From the NCBI RefSeq assembly GCF_001194135.2, contig NC_068982.1:121809479-121873478 (forward strand): a stretch of DNA of 64,000 nt. The letters are read 5' to 3'. Both the position numbers and the translations under genes were made by a program. A model generated the notes under the pieces. That model did not search any database. It had not been told where the DNA came from and was given only the letters and a program-made list of their open reading frames with translations. The stretch comes from Octopus bimaculoides. Taxonomy: Eukaryota. Within the stretch, counting starts at the first letter, position 1; each line of letters opens with the position of its first letter. Of this stretch, positions 12,401 through 24,215 are shown in pieces.

Positions 12401-14214
12401 CTTGTTGCTGTTGTTGTTATTGATAGCTGATTCTTCCTAGGGCTTATGTGTTATTTATCTATCATTTTTGAAAAACAGCCAAAACAACAAAAGAGAACAC
12501 AGCCACACAAGTGACCAGGACTTTGTGATTGCTCCAAACTCTACTACATTTTGTGTGAGGAAATTATAGAAGTGGCAGTATTTCATTGGCACAGATGACC
12601 AATGCAATGGAAGGTTTGCCATCTGTTTGTAGTTTCAAGACATTCAAGAACTCCAAACTTAGATTGTACTCGGGGCAGGCTGCAATGGATGATCAGCTTC
12701 ACTTTCTTTTTTCTAACTTCCTTGGCCAGTATGAAGGTGAATGAGATCATTGGGGGTGTATCAAGGATACACTGGGATGACTAGGATGATCTATGTTTCT
12801 CACTATTCTCTGAGGCACACATTCCTGTATGACTGCTGGATATTGCTCTTGCTCATTGAAAGTTAACCATTGATGGCTGGCATTCCTGTGTAATCCACTA
12901 AAATCCAGCTGTCACATGCATCATAAACATGCATATACACACAATTGACTCTTTCGAGTTCATTCACCCTTCAACTTGGTTTCGTTTTTCATCCTACAGA
13001 GTGTCCAGTACTCACTCTCCTCTTCAAGCAGGTTTGCTGGGGTTGTTGGTTTAATCATCAGCAACCCAACCATTCAACAAGTGGTACTGAGTTACACAGT
13101 ATCAATAGTGCTCATGAACATTCTCACATTAGGACTTGTGTAAACTTCAACTGAATCCATAATTTGTTATTTTCTATATAAAGACTGGTAGAGATAAATG
13201 TGTAATGTATTGTCATTGACCATATAAGAACAAATTAGATAAATATTTAATTTACTGTCATTGACTATATAAAGACACTTATCATTGTCATCATCATCCC
13301 CATTATACATCTGTTTATCCATGTTGACATGGGTTGGGCAGGTTTCACAGCATGTTGTCACTTGAGGTGTTTCATCATCTGACGCTTAGTAATAAAGGAA
13401 ATTAATCAACTTTGTTGTTATGTCTGTCCTTTTCTTTTTTTTTTTTTTTNNNNNNNNNNTTTTTTTTTTTTTTTTTTTGTACAAGAATTTTATGTCCAAT
13501 TACTTTACAGAGTGAAGTAAATGCATTTTAGTATACCAACAGCACTGGATAGGCTGTTTTTCTGTTCAGCTAAACTTTCTTCTCTACTCTACATCAGTTA
13601 CTATTGTCCCTTTGATGGCTTCTCTGTTTTTGGAATGGTTTTACAGTTAGTTTCCATTATTTAGAATTATTATTACCATCCTATGTGTGTGGATGGGGGT
13701 TTGTATTTGTTGTGTATTTGCATTTAAATGTGAGCTCTTAGAAAATATGGTTATATAAATAGGAGGGCTGTTACATTGGTACTCTGTAGTAACAAGGTTT
13801 GAAGCTGTATCTACAACATAAGTAGATAAAGGGGGTACTTATTAAAGCAACTGGATAGGTATACTAAGTGTCAGGCTCTGTAGACTAGGATAATATTTTA
13901 TACTTACCTAAGTACTAAGTAAAAGTTAAAAGATGGCTACAGAGATTAGCAGCAGTATCAGTCAAAGGAAATGTTAAATGTAGTTAAACATCAAGGTAAA
14001 TCTATCTGAAGCTAACTCCAAGATATAGATGGTGGAGGAGGAGCATTTGGCTGCCGGGTGGGGAGGGGGTAATTAGTGTGATGGAGCAGTATAGCAGAGT
14101 TGGTATAAAACTAGCTGTGACATGTAGATGCTATGACTAATTATCATCATCATCATCATCATCATCAAATTTCCATGCATGCATAAGCTGGATGAGTCTT
14201 CTCATGCACAGGAG

Positions 14215-14680
14215 ACTTTGCTTGTCACCTAGCTTCACACCATTACCTGGTACCTTAGATGCCTTTAGCTGAGTCCTCTCTTTTGCAAGCATTCAGGCCA
14301 GGTTTCCAGTTTGAGGATATCTTCCTCCCTAGCTTCCCACCCTTCATGCAAGCCATGTAAAAGCATCATAGGCACTGCCTTCCCTTCTGATTAAAGATTA
14401 GAAAAAAATCAGTGTCTTGCCATTTCTTGGGGTCCCTTGCTCATCTGAAGCAGGCCTTCTTGTGATCCATCTTCAGTTCAGCTTTCACCAACTTCTGGAT
14501 CTTCCTCTTCCACAGGATCCTTCCTCTAGGATTGCTTGACACTTTTTACCCATCATCATTATCATCATTATCCATGCTGGCATGAGTTGGACGGTATGAC
14601 CAGGGCTGGCAAGCTGGAAGGCTGCACCAGACCCCAGTCTGATTTGGTATGGTTTCTACGGCTGGATGCCCTTCCATCTT
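14215..14680 (-). mobile_element. RTE LINE 3' fragments
   Basis: ctggatcttcctcttccacagg (GRGRPR region) and tail ccatgctggcatgagttggacgg...ggctggatgcccttcc. Confidence 0.65.
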
Positions 14681-15140
14681 CCATATATCTTTCTTAAACT
14701 TTCTCTTTTTTCTAGGCATCCTCTTCTGACAGTACACGATACATCCTCACCCATTCACTGTTCACATTTCCATACCAGCACAGTCATCTCTACACTATAC
14801 ATTAGTTGATCTCTTCACTGACTAGCCACTCAACTAGCTCATTTATGATCTGTCTCTCATATAGTTTAATATTACACATCCACAGTCACTTCATTTCTCC
14901 CCAGCCTCTACATACCTTCTATATCCACTGTCCATGAGAAACAGTATGATTTCAACATGTGCTTCAACTACTTCTGTACCTTATCAGCTATGTGTTTTTT
15001 TTTTATTATTACAGGCATTTAATGAAATCACTTAGTCAACTGCCACTTTGATGTGGTTTATGAATTTGTTCATGTTTAAGGGAGCCAGCTTGTCTTAATT
15101 TTAGATAAAATTTGTTAATGTTATTTCTGTTTCATTGCAG

Positions 15141-15182
15141 GTTATTGAGCGCAGGTTTTACAACCGAGAACTGGGAGGTCAG
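15141..15182 (+). CDS. RABL3: RABL3 coding exon 7
   Basis: ttcattgcag| ... CAG|gtaggt; 42 nt; VIERRFYNRELGGQ (cf. VIEKRYF in vertebrate RABL3). Confidence 0.9.
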
Positions 15183-15679
15183 GTAGGTAGATGATCTCAT
15201 GTCTATTGGAATTCTCTACATAGATATGCTTGCTTTGTTTTCATAGTACAACTAAGTAATCTTTTGTGTTATTTGACATATTCCGTCATCAACCTGAAGC
15301 AATTAAGCAATAAGACTCTGTATTACATGAGCATGGGGTTATGAGAAATGGTTGAAGCATAGCCTAATCATTGAGACAGTGGTCATGAATGACAATGATG
15401 TATATGTAAGCTGGTGGGCTGGTTGTGTGATACTGAACAGCTGAAGGTGTAGTATAGTATAGTGTAGTGGACATTAAGGCAATAATGTGATATGGTATAA
15501 TCAGTGGTAGTAGACAATGTTATGTGGTAATGGTACACAGCTCTCACACTGTTACACATATTTCTCATCCACAGTTACATGTACGAGTATACATATCTTA
15601 TTGTGCACACAGTTTCACATTGACATACACACCTTCACTCACACATACTTACACATCACTTTTATGAGCTTGAGCTCCC

Positions 15680-16355
15680 TCATCTGGTGGTCAGTGCTGA
15701 AGCTAGGGATAATAGATGAGTGGTTAGCAAGAGCTGTACAAGCAATGTACAGGGATGCTGTCATAAGGTGAAAGCTGGCAACAAGTATAGCAATGAATTC
15801 AGTGTACAGGTAGGAATTCACCAAGGATCAGTTCTTAGCCCACTCTTGTTCATCATAGTCCTCTAGGCTGTAACAGAAGAATTTGACAGGATGCTCTTAG
15901 GAGCTTCTCCATGCCGATGACCTTGTTCTTATAGCTGAATCAAACCAGAACTAGAGAAGAAATTTCAGGTGTGGCAGCAAAGTCTGGAATCAAAGGGCCT
16001 TAGAGTTAATTTAGCAAAGAACAAAATCCTAGTAAGTAGGAAAACAGACAAATCACAAATCCCTTCAAAGAGATAGCTCTCCTCGATATGCAGAAAAGGT
16101 GTAGGTAGAAACTCCATAAGGTGTACCCAGTGTGAGCTATGGACACATAAAAACTGCAACAGTATCAGAGGGAGGTTAACATATAAAATACAACCAGTAT
16201 TCTTTATGGAGTGGTTGGCATTAAGAAGAGCATCCAGCCGTAGAAATCAAACCAAAACAGACAATTGGAGCCTGGTGCAGCTATTTGGCTTGCCAGTTCC
16301 AGTCAAACCATCTAACCCATGCTAGCATGGAAAACAGTTGCTAAATGATGATGAG
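15680..16355 (+). mobile_element. RTE LINE RT fragment (ADD motif to PHD-like finger) plus 3' tail
   Basis: Frames read GIHQGSVLSPLLFIIVL, LHADDLVLIAES, KGLRVNLAK, ICRKGVGRNSIRCTQCELWTHK, then the tail and (gat)n. Confidence 0.88.
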
Positions 16356-16476
16356 TCTGTGGCCATATTGAAGCTCACACACATGTATATTTTCTTTCTC
16401 TCTGTCTCACTCACACACACATACCTGTCACTATTTCATACAAATGTTCCAGTAACCTTATTCATCTTCTCTATAG

Positions 16477-16512
16477 GCAGCCATGTTATCAGGCTTCATT
16501 AGAAGAACTTAG
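16477..16512 (+). CDS. RABL3: Possible alternative terminal coding exon of RABL3 (AAMLSGFIRRT*)
   Basis: Strong pyrimidine tract ttcatcttctctatag, then a phase-0 frame ending in TAG; weak resemblance to the GF..R.R segment of RABL3 tails. No transcript evidence. Confidence 0.3.
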   Translation, partial: AAMLSGFIRRT

Positions 16513-16760
16513 TCTCAGGTGAGACATTACTACTTTCTATGATTACCTAACTTAGCTTGTCTCAAGTGGACCATCACTTCTTTCTATAATTATTTAATCT
16601 ACCTTGTCTCAGGTAAGACATCACTACTTACTACAATAACCTAACTTAGCTTGTCTCAGGTGAGATATCACTGCTTTCTAAGGTAACCTAACTTAGCTTG
16701 TTTCAGATGTGACATCACTGCTTACTGCTATTAACTTCTTTACCTAGTCTTTCAGGTGAA
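16508..16760 (+). repeat. 47-bp tandem minisatellite, ~5.3 units
   Basis: Consensus tctcaggtgagacatcactactttctataataacctaacttagcttg; cag|gt junctions at 16518, 16612, 16659 and 16755 (spacings 94, 47, 96). Confidence 0.9.
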
Positions 16761-17669
16761 ACTTCTAGGAAATACTGGTAAATATATGGTTTTGGTGTGG
16801 CTTTTCTTCTTTAGTTTTATTCATTTTTCTACAGAAAATTATTTGAACTTTGTAACAAGATTTTCATCAATCAGTAAGTGTGGAGTTCCATTTGAGTTAT
16901 TCTAAATTTCAGAATTTCCACTGATCAGCAGATGTAAGTGTTATTGTGATGGTCAGTGTCAATATGAAGAAAGAAGCTAATCTCACACACACCTTCTTGT
17001 AAGCAGGGCCTCTACAAGTGGAATTCAGCCAGTACTTTAGTCCCAGGAGCCAGAGAGCTAAGTAGGGAGCCTATGAATATCTGAAGGCTCTTCCCTCAGA
17101 AATGAAAAATCTCACAGCCCCCTCGAATATTTAAATTCCCATCTCACCTCCCTATATTCCCAGGGCTCTAAAACTGTCATGTTCCACCTTGCAAAATTTC
17201 CTTTAGATGCTCTGCTTGTAGGGTGAGAGCAGCAGCTTTTATTTTCTCCCAGAATACATCAAACTGATTACCTTCAGCCATTATCATTATCTTTTCTCTA
17301 CCTATCATTATTATAATCATCTTGGTATTCAGTGTATATGAAGGTTTACATAAGTAGTACTATCATAGAAGTACCTGCTTCATTAACACTTTTGTAGCTT
17401 TATGGTCATTATGCTATGACAGTAATGCTTCTATTACTACTATACTACGAATATTACTACACCTATGCGCAATTGACACGAAGGAACCTCTATATGTTGG
17501 CTTGGCCTGCTAGAAAAAGCAACCAAATCAACTTAAAATCACACCCTGCAATCATGAAAATAGATATTGTCCATCCAGGTTAATGTTGGCTTTGTTGCAT
17601 AATAATTTAAAAAGACAGGATAATCATGATTGAAATACATTTGATTTTAGGTCGGTCTGCGAGTCATGT

Positions 17670-18204
17670 GCTGGTACCATGTAAACAGCATTCATGCCAG
17701 GGCCACACATGTGCACTTGTGTGGTGCCATATTAAAAGCACCCAGCACATTCTAAAGTGGTTGGCATTAGGAAGGGCATCCCACCATAGAAACCAAGCTA
17801 AATCATACTGGAACCTGGTGCAGCTCTCCAGCTTGCCAAGTCTGGTCAGACTGTCCAACCTATGCCAGCATGGAAAATTGATGTTAAAGAATGATGGTTA
17901 GTCATAGTCGTGGTGGTTGACAGTACCAGGTAAATGACACCCGTGAATTGTAGTTCTGGTCATTGATGGTGCCATGTAAATGGCACCCGTGTATCAAAGT
18001 CATGGTTTTGCCGGTGTCATGTAGATGGTACCTGTGCCAGTGACATGTAAAAGCACCTATTACACTCCTGGAGTTGCTGGTGTTAGGAAGGGCATCCAGC
18101 CATAGAAACCATGCCAAATCAGACTGGAAACTGGTACAGCTTTCCAGCTTAGCTCCAGTCAAACTATCTAACCAGCTTGGAGAGTGGACGTTAAATGATG
18201 ACAA

Positions 18205-18205
<1 letters not shown>
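17670..18205 (+). mobile_element. Two adjacent RTE-type 3' tails
   Basis: Two copies of taaaagcacc...ttaggaagggcatcc...catggaaa/gttaaatgatga. Confidence 0.7.
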
Positions 18206-18245
<40 letters not shown>

Positions 18246-18399
18246 CATACATACACACACACACACATAAATGTGTAATGATGTCTGTCTGTGTTTGGGG
18301 TTACTCTAACTCCTCCCATACCATCCAACCAATTTTAATGATTTTTGGCACATAGGTAAATCACATGCCCTGAAGTTCAAATAAGGCCAGAATGTTTCG

Positions 18400-18700
18400 A
18401 AAACTCGATAATGGTCAGTTGGCATCGGTTTGTTTGACTATAACCAGTTGAGCATGTCCCTTTGTGGCTGATGATATGTACATCTCTGATCATGAGCAGA
18501 AGTAGTGAGAGAGTATCATAGCCATGTGTTGAAAGGAATTCCTTGGGGTTTGAGCAATTCACCTTTAGAAACATGGGTGTTTTGTTCAACATTCTTAAAC
18601 AACCCTTATTCAGGGACCTTTTGAGCAGGATGGGCTACTTGACCTGAAGAAAATTCTAACTGGGCCCCACCTGCACGGTCATGTGCTGTTTATTTTGATA
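18400..18700 (-). mobile_element. Unclassified interspersed repeat (SINE-like); second copy at ~63690-63905 on +
   Basis: gagcatgtccctttgtggctgatgatatgtacatctctgatcatgagcagaagtag is the reverse complement of the 63820-63885 sequence. Confidence 0.6.
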
Positions 18701-18710
18701 NNNNNNNNNN

Positions 18711-18745
<35 letters not shown>

Positions 18746-19244
18746 GTATACATCTGTCCTCATGGAGTAAACCTATAATGAACAGTGTATATATCTTCCA
18801 ATGGGGATCAAGAAGATCTTGGCAAATTAACTTAGAAGCACCTTCAAGTATGTTAAGCTAACAGGTTACTCCAAAAAAATTATGTAAACATTCCAGATCA
18901 TTCAACTGGTTACAGAAATGTGACTTGACACAAAAATGATGAAACATCGATGTCCATCACACCTAAATGGGACCTGGTGCAAATTATCTTGCTTGCTTAT
19001 GACTGACTTGTAGGTGATTTAACACCAGATGCATTGATGAGAATATATTCTCTTATACCTAAAAGCACAGCATACCCACCAACTAGCAAAACACATGCAC
19101 TGTGTATGTGTGTTTGATATTGTTTATATATGGTACTGAATGCATGTATCTGTATGATATTGATGGTAATATGAACAAAAACTAAAGCACTCAGTATTAA
19201 AGTACATAATATATCAGAAACAATACATACATTTTGTAACTGGC

Positions 19245-19415
19245 ACATAAAAAGCAACCACTGCTCTTATGGAGTGGTTAGCATTGGGAAGGGCATCTAG
19301 CTGTAAAAACCATACCAAATCAGATTGAAACCTGGTGCAGCTCCCCAGCTTTCAGTCAAACCATCCAACCCATGCCAGCATGGAAAACAGACATTAATTG
19401 ATGTTGATGATGATG
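19245..19415 (+). mobile_element. RTE-type 3' tail
   Basis: gcacataaaaagcaacc...gggaagggcatctagctg...ccatgccagcatggaaaacagac..(gat)n. Confidence 0.7.
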
Positions 19416-19854
19416 TATGCATGTGCACACTTAATATATGCATGGAAGCTAGTATAAATACAACACAACATATACATTATTTATACAAATGTTACTGTCC
19501 ATTACATATCCCTATGTATACATAGATGTAGCTGAACACATTCATTTAGAAACATTTGTTCATATATTCGTTACCTAAGGTGGGCTTTGATACTTTCACA
19601 CAGAATATACCAGATAGTTTTAAATCAATCAACACAAGTAATCTAATACTATTCACATTAAAATTACATCCCCTGAAGAGTAACAACTTCATTTGTGGTT
19701 GTAAACAAAGGCAGCACTACTGATGATCATCTTTTTTACAAGGCTGTGAAATTGACTGTACATTATGTATAGTTATATTGCTGGTATCTTTACATATTTG
19801 TTCAGTTAGATGACGGCACTTATAGTTTTAGTAGGTCTGGTAAATAAATATCTA

Positions 19855-20040
19855 TTCCCAGTGTCAAGAGAGAGGTCAATCAACATCCCCATAACACCAT
19901 ACAATCTCTCAAGTCTGCCATAACTAGCACTCTGTCCAAGATAAATTGTAATCAGCTTATTCAGATATGTCAATACTTCCAACTCTGTACTGAAGCAGCC
20001 ATTGATGCTAATAGTGAATTCATTGAAAAGGGGTAATAAA
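19855..20040 (+). mobile_element. Tc1/mariner (maT/DD37D-like) transposase C-terminal remnant
   Basis: Reads VKREVNQHPHNTIQSLKSAI...QICQYFQLCTEAAIDANSEFIE, typical of the C-terminus of this group. Confidence 0.55.
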
Positions 20041-20109
20041 AGGATTTTCAAGATAATTTGTACCAATTTGATTTCAAAGACAGCTTTTGTTCGATGCACT
20101 ATGCTTCTT

Positions 20110-20430
20110 TTTCTAAATTCATACAGATAACCTCAAAAAACTGGCACACCTTGATACACCCACGCAATGTACATGACTGAGCCTGTGCAGACAATGCTGC
20201 TGGAGCAGGGTGAGTATGCTGGGTATCTTGGTACAGTTGAGAATTTTGGTGTCGGTGATGCAGTCGGTCCACTTGACATCCAAGCTGTGTCTCAAATTAC
20301 AAAGGTGGAAAACGTTGAAATGCCACTCCTGTCTGGAGTAGAGGCTTCACGTCTCACTGCCATAAAGTAGCATACTAATGATGCACACCTTATAGACAGC
20401 AATCTGTTTGCAGCCCTGACACTCCCTTTT
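20110..20430 (-). mobile_element. RTE (BovB-like) LINE 3' coding fragment
   Basis: Minus strand reads AVYKVCIISMLLYGSET...FHL..LR.....W....T...IL....IPSILTLL. Confidence 0.75.
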
Positions 20431-20521
20431 GTGCTACAAAATTATCTCATTCTTTCCATACACTATGTCTGTTTCTCTTCTCATACTCATGCGACCTATT
20501 TGTGTATTGTTTCCTTTTCCC

Positions 20522-20790
20522 TCATTATTACCTCCGCCTTCACTAAGGTGGAGGTATTGTTTTCAGTCACGTTTGTTTCTTTGTCCATGGAGAAAATATC
20601 TCAAGAACCGCTGCATAGATTCGGATGAAACTTTCAGGGATGTTTGGCCTCAGGACTGGCATGAACTGATTAGATTTTGGGATCAATCTGGTACCGGACA
20701 AAGATTCGAGATTATTTTTCCGGCTTTTTCACTTAATTTTTGAGAGTGGTCAGGCTCATTTTCAGTATCCTCGTTTGTGAGAACAGTTGA
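20522..20790. mobile_element. Non-autonomous Helentron/HINE-like element
   Basis: Terminal hairpin tacctccgcc-ttcactaa-ggtggaggta, then gtttgtttc..tatctcaagaaccgctgcatagattcggatgaaactttcagg, an architecture typical of DINE/HINE elements. The family call is from resemblance only. Confidence 0.45.
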
Positions 20791-20911
20791 GTTTATTTCA
20801 GATATCATCATCATTGTTTAACATCCACCTTCCGATCATTTCAAATGTAACCACATGTGTATCGTTGGCGATTTTCTTCCTCCGTCTTCCCTTCCTTTGG
20901 ACTTTTCCTCT

Positions 20912-20950
20912 ATTTCTGAAGAAGGGCTTTGCTCAAAACATTAAATCCTC
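20912..20950 (+). ncRNA. Degenerate hammerhead-like motif (PLE terminal repeat remnant)
   Basis: ATTT-CTGAAGA-A-GGGC-ttt-GCTC-AAAACATT-AAAT; G12 is replaced by A. Confidence 0.3.
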
Positions 20951-21061
20951 TTTCCTTCCTTTCCTGAGTGTCTGATAATACAGTAATTGTGCTATGTCCT
21001 CGCGTTATTGTTTTTTCTTGTTTGTTCTTCTTTGTTTGGATTCACTATATCGCTAGATAGA

Positions 21062-21092
<31 letters not shown>

Positions 21093-21149
21093 CCAAACGT
21101 GTGTGTGTGTGTGTGTATACATGTTGCAGTGAATATATTGTTGTCTAAA

Positions 21150-21690
21150 TTACGCAGAAATGAAAATAACACTGACATCTCATTTTAACAGATATCTTTA
21201 CCAAAAGTACATAAAATTATCTTGAAGTACTAAAAAGTAAATGTATTCAATAAAATTACCATTGGCTTCAACCACGGCCTCCAGACAACTTCGGAATTTC
21301 CTGCTACTCTTTTGGATGGTCTCCTTGTTTAAGTTGATGAATACTGCCATAATTGTTGCCTTCAGTTCATCTTTGTTGTTTCAAGGAGTTTTGTTGATCT
21401 CTCAATCAGCTGCACTCCACACATGATAATCAAGGGGGGTTGCAGTCTGGGGGGTTAGGTGATGTGATCGGCTCTTTGTTCCCACTTCCTCTCCTTGACA
21501 AAATCGCAGACTACAGCATACATGTTATTACAAAAACATAAATTTCACAACTTGCAAAGTAAACACAGTGATGTCACTTGGCATGTTGCTTCGTGAAGGT
21601 TGCTCCTAGCTCTCACTGTACACATAACTATGTGCTGCCATCTGTTGGTATGCTACAGAACTATTCCAGGAACTTTTTGATACTACCTTG
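21150..21690 (-). mobile_element. Tc1/mariner remnants: maT-like C-terminus and mariner 5' terminus
   Basis: Minus strand ..PLDYHVW...NNKDELKATIMAVF...KFRSCLEAVVEANGNFIE*. 21540-21690 resembles the terminus at 50770-50915 (ctagctctcactg...gctgccatctgttgg...ggaactttttgatact). Confidence 0.65.
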
Positions 21691-21964
21691 TATATATGTA
21701 TATATATATTTCTATATAAACTCACACACACCATATCAACATCATCATTTAACGTCTGTTTTCCACGCTGGCATGCATTGGACAGATGTGTGTGTGTGTG
21801 TGTGCAAGACTCGAGCATTGTTGAGTGCTCTGCAACCATGTGGTTTTGAGTTTAGTTGCCCTGCAGTGCACCTTGGGCAAGTATCTTCTACTATAACCCC
21901 AGGCTAACCAAAGCCTTGTGAATGGATGTAGCAGATGTAGCAGGTAGAGTGCTTGGCACTTTGG

Positions 21965-22930
21965 CCCAGTACTTTGGTTTTCTTCAGATTGATAGGCTGA
22001 ATTCCTGACAGGCCTTTGAAAGTTTGTCCGTGAGGTGCTATATTTGCTCCTCAGAGTGCATTGTCAGTGCTGTGTTATCCATGAACAGCATTTCCCTGAT
22101 GAGTACCTGGCGCACCCTGGATTTTGCTTTCAGCCTTGACAAACTAAACTGTTTACTGTCTGATCTGGTATGAAGGTAGACACCATCAGTTGATGTCCCA
22201 AATGCATGTTTTAGCATGACTGCAAAGAAGATGCCAAACAGGGTGGAGCCAAGCACACAGCCCTGCTTCACACCACAATGTATGTTGAATGCCTCCAAAG
22301 AAGAGCCATCAAATTGAGTGATGACTTTCATATCAGAATGAAATAATTGGACAATCCTGAGGAGTCTTGAAGGACAGCCAATCTTGGCAAGGATTTTCAA
22401 CGGGCTGTCTCTACTGACTAGATCAAAAACCTTTGTGAGGTCAGCGAAGGTGATAAAGAGTGGTTACCTTTGTTTCTCAGCACTTCTCTTGTAGCTGTTG
22501 AAGAGAGATCATGTTGATGGTGGAGCGTTCTGATCTGAAACTGCACTGCGATTCATGGTATACCCTCTTGGCAATTTTCTGTAATCCATGTAGGATCAAG
22601 CAGGCAAAGGCCTTCCCAACAATCCTTAACAGCAAGATGCTTCAGTAATTATTGTGGTTACTTTTGTTCCTTTTGTTCTTATATAGGGTGACAATATTGC
22701 AGTCTCATATTTTGTGAAATTGTTCCCTCCTCCCAGCACTGACACAGTAGCTTCAGCAAGTGGCTGAGTAGAACTCTCCTTGCACATCTGATGATCTTTG
22801 TTGGGATGCTATCCAAAGCCAATGCTTTTTCAATGGGCAAGCTATCAATGGCTCTGTTCAGTTCTTCAGCATTTGGCAGTGTGTCCAGCTCTTCCATGAC
22901 AGATGCTTTATGGTGTCTAGTGTGCTGTCT
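21965..22930 (-). mobile_element. RTE (BovB-like) LINE RT fragment
   Basis: ORFs 22038..22400 (GVKQGCVLGSTLFGIFF, FMDNTAL) and 22679..22993 (EELNRAIDSL...KA...DSIP). Confidence 0.9.
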
Positions 22931-22984
<54 letters not shown>

Positions 22985-23215
22985 TACATACATACATACA
23001 TATATGTTGAGCCATTAATCCCTACACATTTTTTTCTCTCTCTATTTTTTTCTTCTCAGCCCCTTCTGTTGAAGAGCATATGCCTAAAACATCAAAAACT
23101 TTTCCATTCTTCCAGAGCATTGAACTAATACACCTGACTTTTGTTCCTTCACTTGTCTTCATTTTTGTTTTCTGTAAATTTGAACTATACACATATATGT
23201 ATATANNNNNNNNNN

Positions 23216-23248
<33 letters not shown>

Positions 23249-23542
23249 CAGCTGCAGCATCTTTTAATGTCTGTCGTTCATGCTGGCATGGATTTCACAA
23301 GATTTGTTATGCTCCAATATGTGGTTTGGCATGGTTTCAAAAGCTGATAGCTCTGCTAATGTCAACCACTTTATAAAGTGCACTTTTTCTTTGTTTTGTT
23401 TTGTTCTTTTTTCCATAGCACCAACACTAGTGAGATCACCATGTATCTTACAAAATTAAGACCCCCTTTGAATGATTGTGACTACAGTGGAGAGAAGAAA
23501 AACAGCTTTATACATATATATATGTGCATATATATATACATA

Positions 23543-23603
<61 letters not shown>

Positions 23604-23849
23604 GCATATGTATATGCATCATCCCTTCCCTTATACCCCCACCCTTGCTTCCCCCACTCTCTCACCTCCCCTACACCCCAACACCACCACATCACACCAT
23701 CCTGCACACATTAGCACTGACCACTTCCCAGCACCTACACCATCATCCACACACCTACACATACACACACACACATATACATGCTCTCACATACGCACGC
23801 GCACCTTCAGTTCGGGATCACCACTACTTTATTATCTCCCTTCTTCCTA

Positions 23850-24215
23850 GCTCGTGGTTTATCAATGTAAGGTAATGACTAACACAGAGGTCTTGCATTA
23901 CATAGCTTGCTCTTCGTCGCAGATCTCTCAGAGAATCTCTAACCATTACTCAACCTTTAGGGATAGGAATAAAAATAATAGTACCGGTCTTAGTAAGTTA
24001 ATCTGGAAACTTAAGTACTGCAATAAACAATTCTCTTTAGAATGGTCAATACTGGCTATCTCAATACCCTATGACAAGGGTAAAGATTTTTGTCCTCTCT
24101 GTAACTTGGAGCTATTCCACATTCTGTTTTCCAAGAATAATTTAGTGCACTAGATAACACAGAGAGCATTCAGATCCCAGCATTGAAGGAAACACAACTT
24201 CAGCTCGTTTCATTA
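23850..24215 (+). mobile_element. Penelope-like element GIY-YIG endonuclease remnant
   Basis: ORF 23854..24153: VYQCKV..YI...QRISNHYSTF...STGLSKLIWKLK...EWSIL...Y.....CPLCNLE, the PLE GIY-YIG pattern. Confidence 0.75.

Noticed and set aside
16508-16760. CRISPR-like array (regular spacing, palindromic unit); likewise 1-200 and 35310-35580
   Set aside because: Whole units are homologous, so there are no unique spacers; there are no cas genes and the context is a eukaryotic intron or LINE tail.
23378-23875. ORFs of 80-165 aa rich in YI/HT/CV repeats (also 17902-18355, 55549-55912)
   Set aside because: Translations of TA, CA and CT microsatellites and low-complexity DNA.
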